Assembly: GCA_976551045.1 (NCBI GenBank)
Contig: CDPCPM010000375.1
Span: 868,001 to 932,000 of the forward strand
DNA length: 64,000 bases
Origin: Glaucostegus cemiculus
Taxonomy: Eukaryota
Reading direction: 5' to 3'
This document shows positions 63,201 to 64,000 of this stretch, piece by piece. Position numbers and translations under genes: made by a program. How positions within the stretch are numbered: position 1 is the first letter of the stretch; every line of letters begins with the position of its first letter. The notes beneath the pieces are model-generated. The model worked only from the letters and a program-made list of their open reading frames with translations. It searched no databases and was not told the DNA's origin.

Positions 63201-64000
63201 TTGGACTACCTCTGTGCTCGTTTCGACTCGTCACAGAAAATCGAACAGATGTGTTTCCACAAGTCTCAGTCACCGTATAATTGCAAGCACCCTGGAAGTG
63301 GTACAGCTTCCCATCAAACGTCGTATAGTGCGGGTCACCGTAGACGTGGCAAATGGCAGTGTCCGCGCTGTAACATCCCAAATTGCCGCCCTGCACTTTG
63401 CAAATTTCCCCCGCTCCACAAGATCCTGCTTCGCACTCTATTCGGTCATTCCCAGTGCAGCGGCACCTCTCTCGACAGCCGTCTTCCCAGAACATTGCAC
63501 CTTTCTGACACACGGACAGCAAGCATTAGTTTCAAAATTGCTGCATGCTCTGAAAGGAAGCAGAACCCTGCTCCCATACAAACCAAAGCCCACCTCAAAC
63601 ACTCCCAACTGACCTCGTAGTATTTGTCCTTGTGCATGCAGCCACAGTTCTCCACAGGCACACACGAGCTTCCACTCAGGACAAAGCCAACGTTACACTC
63701 ACAGTCCTCCACACAAGGTTTACTGCAGTTAGCTGAAGCTAAACGGTCCGTGCAAGTGGCTGGACAAGCGCTGGCACATGCGTTGTAATGGCTGTTGGCT
63801 GGACACCTGACAGCTGAAAGCACACAAGCAGCAAAAACTTTGACACTTCAACCAAAGAAACTTCACAGAAGGCAATTCTCTGACACAATGTCGTACCATC
63901 CTCACATTGGCAAGTATTACACCAACTGCATTTGCACCTAACTCATACGTACCACAGAAACTGGAGTTCCTCCACGGCACGATGGTCACTCCTGCGCTTT
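2808..64000 (-). CDS. Giant multi-exon MAM/VWD-C8-TIL repeat protein (zonadhesin-like / IgGFc-binding protein-like / alpha-tectorin-like); partial, extends beyond both window ends
   Basis: Minus-strand exons with GT-AG borders and compatible phases. They encode VWD (GDPHYxTFD...CGxCGNYNG), C8 (GPFxxCH...CVYDxC...YAxAC), TIL (CPxNSHYxxCxSACPATC) and MAM ([10 protein letters not shown]...DHTT...[10 protein letters not shown]...VAVDDI) motifs. Exact orthology cannot be assigned from sequence alone. Confidence 0.9.
3049..3388 (-). mobile_element. tRNA-derived SINE copy containing a GA/GAGTGA microsatellite
   Basis: Same head, core and (ttatc)n tail as 1095-1388, with a purine microsatellite at about 3230-3322. 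Confidence 0.8.
3230..3322. repeat. (GA)n/(GAGTGA)n microsatellite
   Basis: Directly visible. Confidence 0.95.
4100..4575 (+). mobile_element. 5'-truncated CR1 LINE 3' fragment
   Basis: [13 protein letters not shown]...GDMIEVY...TRGHSFK...FFTQRVV translation and tgttcta tail. Confidence 0.88.
4689..4930 (-). CDS. Exon: VWD N-terminal part ([17 protein letters not shown]...)
   Basis: tag acceptor, gtaagg donor, 242 nt, phase 1-0. The GDPH motif is replaced by SGTH. Confidence 0.88.
5340..5583 (-). mobile_element. Older tRNA-derived V-SINE-like element
   Basis: Minus strand reads gcacagtggtacagctg...ggttcagtcctgacctc...gggtttcctccaggtgctccggcttcctccca. Confidence 0.7.
5630..6028 (-). mobile_element. 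CR1 LINE 3' fragment
   Basis: Reverse complement of a CR1 3' end (gggtgacctgatagaggtgtacaag...), with a (tagaaca)-type tail at the left end. Confidence 0.8.
6441..6585 (-). CDS. Exon: TILa/VWC-like module ([17 protein letters not shown]...GCQMA)
   Basis: cag acceptor, gttagt donor, 145 nt, phase 0-1, typical Cys pattern. Confidence 0.88.
7685..7884 (-). CDS. Exon: TIL domain ([20 protein letters not shown]...NNKYYQ)
   Basis: tag acceptor, gtaaat donor, 200 nt, phase 1-0. Confidence 0.9.
8524..8700 (-). CDS. Exon: C8 domain ([10 protein letters not shown]...CVYDMC...WRNNTLC)
   Basis: tag acceptor, gtaagt donor, 177 nt, phase 1-1. Confidence 0.9.
9292..9725 (+). mobile_element. CR1 LINE 3' fragment
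   Basis: [14 protein letters not shown]...TRGH...[11 protein letters not shown] translation and tgttcta tail. Confidence 0.88.
10074..10168 (-). CDS. Exon: VWD-C8 linker and start of C8 ([13 protein letters not shown]...CGMITDPT)
   Basis: cag acceptor, gtacac donor, 95 nt, phase 2-1. Confidence 0.85.
11062..11170 (-). CDS. Exon: VWD C-terminal part ([31 protein letters not shown])
   Basis: tag acceptor, gtaagt donor, 109 nt, phase 1-2. Too short to appear in the ORF track. Confidence 0.88.
11256..11514 (+). mobile_element. tRNA-derived SINE (V-SINE/HE1-like)
   Basis: ggcacggtagtgtag head (locally duplicated), ggttcaattc B box, core and (ttatc)n tail. Confidence 0.85.
11717..11965. repeat. 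Interspersed-repeat remnant with imperfect inverted arms (probable retroelement 3' ends)
   Basis: gtgaaaagcttttgtttgcgtgccattcaaacagatc is approximately the reverse complement of gatctgtctggatggcaggaaaacaaagtttttcac. The right arm resembles 14040-14120. Confidence 0.5.
12615..12792 (-). CDS. Exon: VWD middle part ([12 protein letters not shown]...[11 protein letters not shown]...LLCGIC)
   Basis: tag acceptor, gtaggt donor, 178 nt, phase 0-1. Confidence 0.9.
13920..14122 (+). mobile_element. Non-LTR retroelement 3'-end remnant with (caata)n-like tail
   Basis: ttttcactgtaccccagtacaagtgacaatagtaaatcaatacaaatacaatac, plus short internal tandem repeats (caatgcactctgta)x2. Confidence 0.5.
14292..14539 (-). 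CDS. Exon: VWD N-terminal part ([17 protein letters not shown]...HKVL)
   Basis: cag acceptor, gtatgt donor, 248 nt, phase 1-0. Confidence 0.92.
14622..15002. mobile_element. Two adjacent palindromic repeats (Penelope-like pLTR-type remnants) with decayed hammerhead cores
   Basis: Inverted arms ggcagcatctg / cagatgctgcc occur twice. CTGATGA-AGGGTC-CTG-GATCT-GAAA lies at 14894-14918. Confidence 0.6.
15530..15966 (-). mobile_element. CR1 LINE 3' fragment
   Basis: [13 protein letters not shown]...[14 protein letters not shown] on the minus strand; close relative of 4100-4575. Confidence 0.88.
16581..16836 (+). mobile_element. tRNA-derived SINE (V-SINE-like) with A-rich tail
   Basis: ggcacgatagcgcagcgg A box, ggttcgattcc B box and gggtttcctccggg core; CpG-rich, so probably young. 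Confidence 0.85.
16871..16939 (-). CDS. Exon (uncertain): Thr/Ser-rich linker after the last MAM ([23 protein letters not shown])
   Basis: Codon-for-codon paralogue of the 69-nt array linker exon, with an intact gtaaag donor. The acceptor position reads cactg rather than cag. Confidence 0.6.
17146..17230 (-). CDS. Exon: C-terminal part of the last MAM domain ([28 protein letters not shown])
   Basis: cag acceptor, gttggt donor, 85 nt, phase 0-1; paralogue of 24955-25039. Confidence 0.88.
17460..18170 (+). mobile_element. Old, highly decayed CR1-like remnant
   Basis: Residual CR1-like tracts (atggaatttcacccgaagaagtgcgag, gggatagaatatctgagcag, ggagaggatataaatcagatttatgaagatg). It is absent from the homologous intron in the array units. 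Confidence 0.55.
18236..18492 (-). CDS. Unit 1 exon: MAM middle (GGSYIYIEG...[10 protein letters not shown]...GDSR)
   Basis: cag / gtaagc, 257 nt, phase 1-0. Confidence 0.92.
18570..18707 (-). CDS. Unit 1 exon: MAM N-terminal part ([14 protein letters not shown]...[10 protein letters not shown])
   Basis: cag / gtcagt, 138 nt, phase 1-1. Confidence 0.92.
19514..19794 (-). CDS. Unit 1 exon: third C8 domain (CNQTAPVPP...[12 protein letters not shown]...WRQQSGCID)
   Basis: cag / gtaagt, 281 nt, phase 2-1. Confidence 0.92.
20184..20470 (-). CDS. Unit 1 exon: third VWD, C-terminal half (VDGVRVELP...CGLCG...GNSW)
   Basis: cag / gtgagt, 287 nt, phase 0-2. Confidence 0.92.
20581..20961 (-). CDS. 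Unit 1 exon: TILa/VWC-like module plus third VWD N-terminal half ([11 protein letters not shown])
   Basis: cag / gtgagt, 381 nt, phase 0-0. Confidence 0.92.
21071..21270 (-). CDS. Unit 1 exon: second TIL domain ([12 protein letters not shown]...DKYYE)
   Basis: cag / gtcagt, 200 nt, phase 1-0. Confidence 0.92.
21410..21971 (-). CDS. Unit 1 exon: second VWD C-terminal half plus C8
   Basis: cag / gtacgt, 562 nt, phase 0-1; CGMCGNYNG and GPFVNCH motifs. Confidence 0.92.
22344..22942 (-). CDS. Unit 1 exon: first TIL, TILa and second VWD N-terminal half ([10 protein letters not shown])
   Basis: cag / gtaagt, 599 nt, phase 1-0. Confidence 0.92.
23099..23376 (-). CDS. Unit 1 exon: first C8 domain
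   Basis: cag / gtaagt, 278 nt, phase 2-1. Confidence 0.92.
23512..23795 (-). CDS. Unit 1 exon: first VWD C-terminal half (VDGEVAVLP...CGMCGNYNG)
   Basis: cag / gtacac, 284 nt, phase 0-2. Confidence 0.92.
23888..24132 (-). CDS. Unit 1 exon: first VWD N-terminal half ([15 protein letters not shown])
   Basis: tag / gtaaga, 245 nt, phase 1-0. Confidence 0.92.
24669..24737 (-). CDS. Unit 1 exon: Thr/Ser/Pro linker ([23 protein letters not shown])
   Basis: cag / gtaaag, 69 nt, phase 1-1. Confidence 0.8.
24955..25039 (-). CDS. Unit 1 exon: MAM C-terminal part ([28 protein letters not shown])
   Basis: cag / gttggt, 85 nt, phase 0-1. Confidence 0.9.
25333..32136 (-). CDS. Unit 2: 13 exons (MAM + 3x VWD-C8 module), 1,222 aa
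   Basis: Unit 1 exons at offset +7097; same translations and splice sites. Confidence 0.9.
32430..39233 (-). CDS. Unit 3: 13 exons, 1,222 aa
   Basis: Unit 1 exons at offset +14194. Confidence 0.9.
39527..46317 (-). CDS. Unit 4: 13 exons, 1,220 aa (6-nt in-frame deletion in linker exon)
   Basis: Same exon set; deletion at about 45972. Confidence 0.9.
46611..53400 (-). CDS. Unit 5: 13 exons, 1,220 aa (6-nt in-frame deletion in linker exon)
   Basis: Same exon set; deletion at about 53055. Confidence 0.9.
53694..60485 (-). CDS. Unit 6: 13 exons, 1,222 aa
   Basis: Same exon set; private substitutions R>S (about 55873) and G>R (about 57381). Confidence 0.9.
60779..64000 (-). CDS. Unit 7 (partial): end of C8, TIL, VWD, C8 and two MAM exons
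   Basis: Same exons as unit 1 at 18236-21457; truncated by the window edge. Confidence 0.88.

Larger units (their letters stand above)
18226..64000. repeat. Intragenic tandem array of ~7.09 kb units (six complete plus one partial; continues past the window end)
   Basis: Identical ORF sets recur at offsets 7097, 7097, 7097, 7084, 7083 and 7085. Approximate unit starts are 18226, 25323, 32420, 39517, 46601, 53684 and 60769. Confidence 0.99.

Noticed and set aside
18226-64000. Interpretation as a cluster of separate tandem genes, rDNA or an integrated element array
   Set aside because: No per-unit start, stop or signal peptide is visible. Exon phases run continuously across units, with the MAM split over the unit junction, and there are no rRNA or transposase signatures.
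1-64000. CRISPR array or prokaryotic defence system
   Set aside because: The sequence is intron-containing vertebrate DNA with no short repeat-spacer structure.

Overview
Vertebrate genomic DNA, most likely a cartilaginous fish (inferred from CR1-type LINEs with (TGTTCTA)-like tails, tRNA-headed V-SINE-like elements and palindromic Penelope-like remnants). The whole window lies inside one minus-strand, multi-exon gene for a giant extracellular-type MAM/VWD-C8-TIL protein (zonadhesin-/FCGBP-/alpha-tectorin-like). The gene is open at both window edges. From about 18,226 to 64,000 it is a head-to-tail array of about 6.45 near-identical ~7.09 kb units (periods 7097, 7097, 7097, 7084, 7083, 7085). 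Each unit has 13 GT-AG exons totalling 3,666 nt (1,222 aa) and encodes MAM - Thr/Ser linker - VWD-C8-TIL - VWD-C8-TIL - VWD-C8, with splice phases that stay in frame from unit to unit. Positions 1-18,200 hold the diverged downstream part of the gene: 11 exons in longer, TE-rich introns. By my hand-built exon model the window encodes roughly 8,400 aa, with 7 MAM and about 21 VWD domains. Other points of note: unit variants form a mosaic suggesting unequal crossover or gene conversion; the terminal linker exon has TG where its paralogues have an AG acceptor; and an intronic palindromic repeat carries a decayed hammerhead-ribozyme core.
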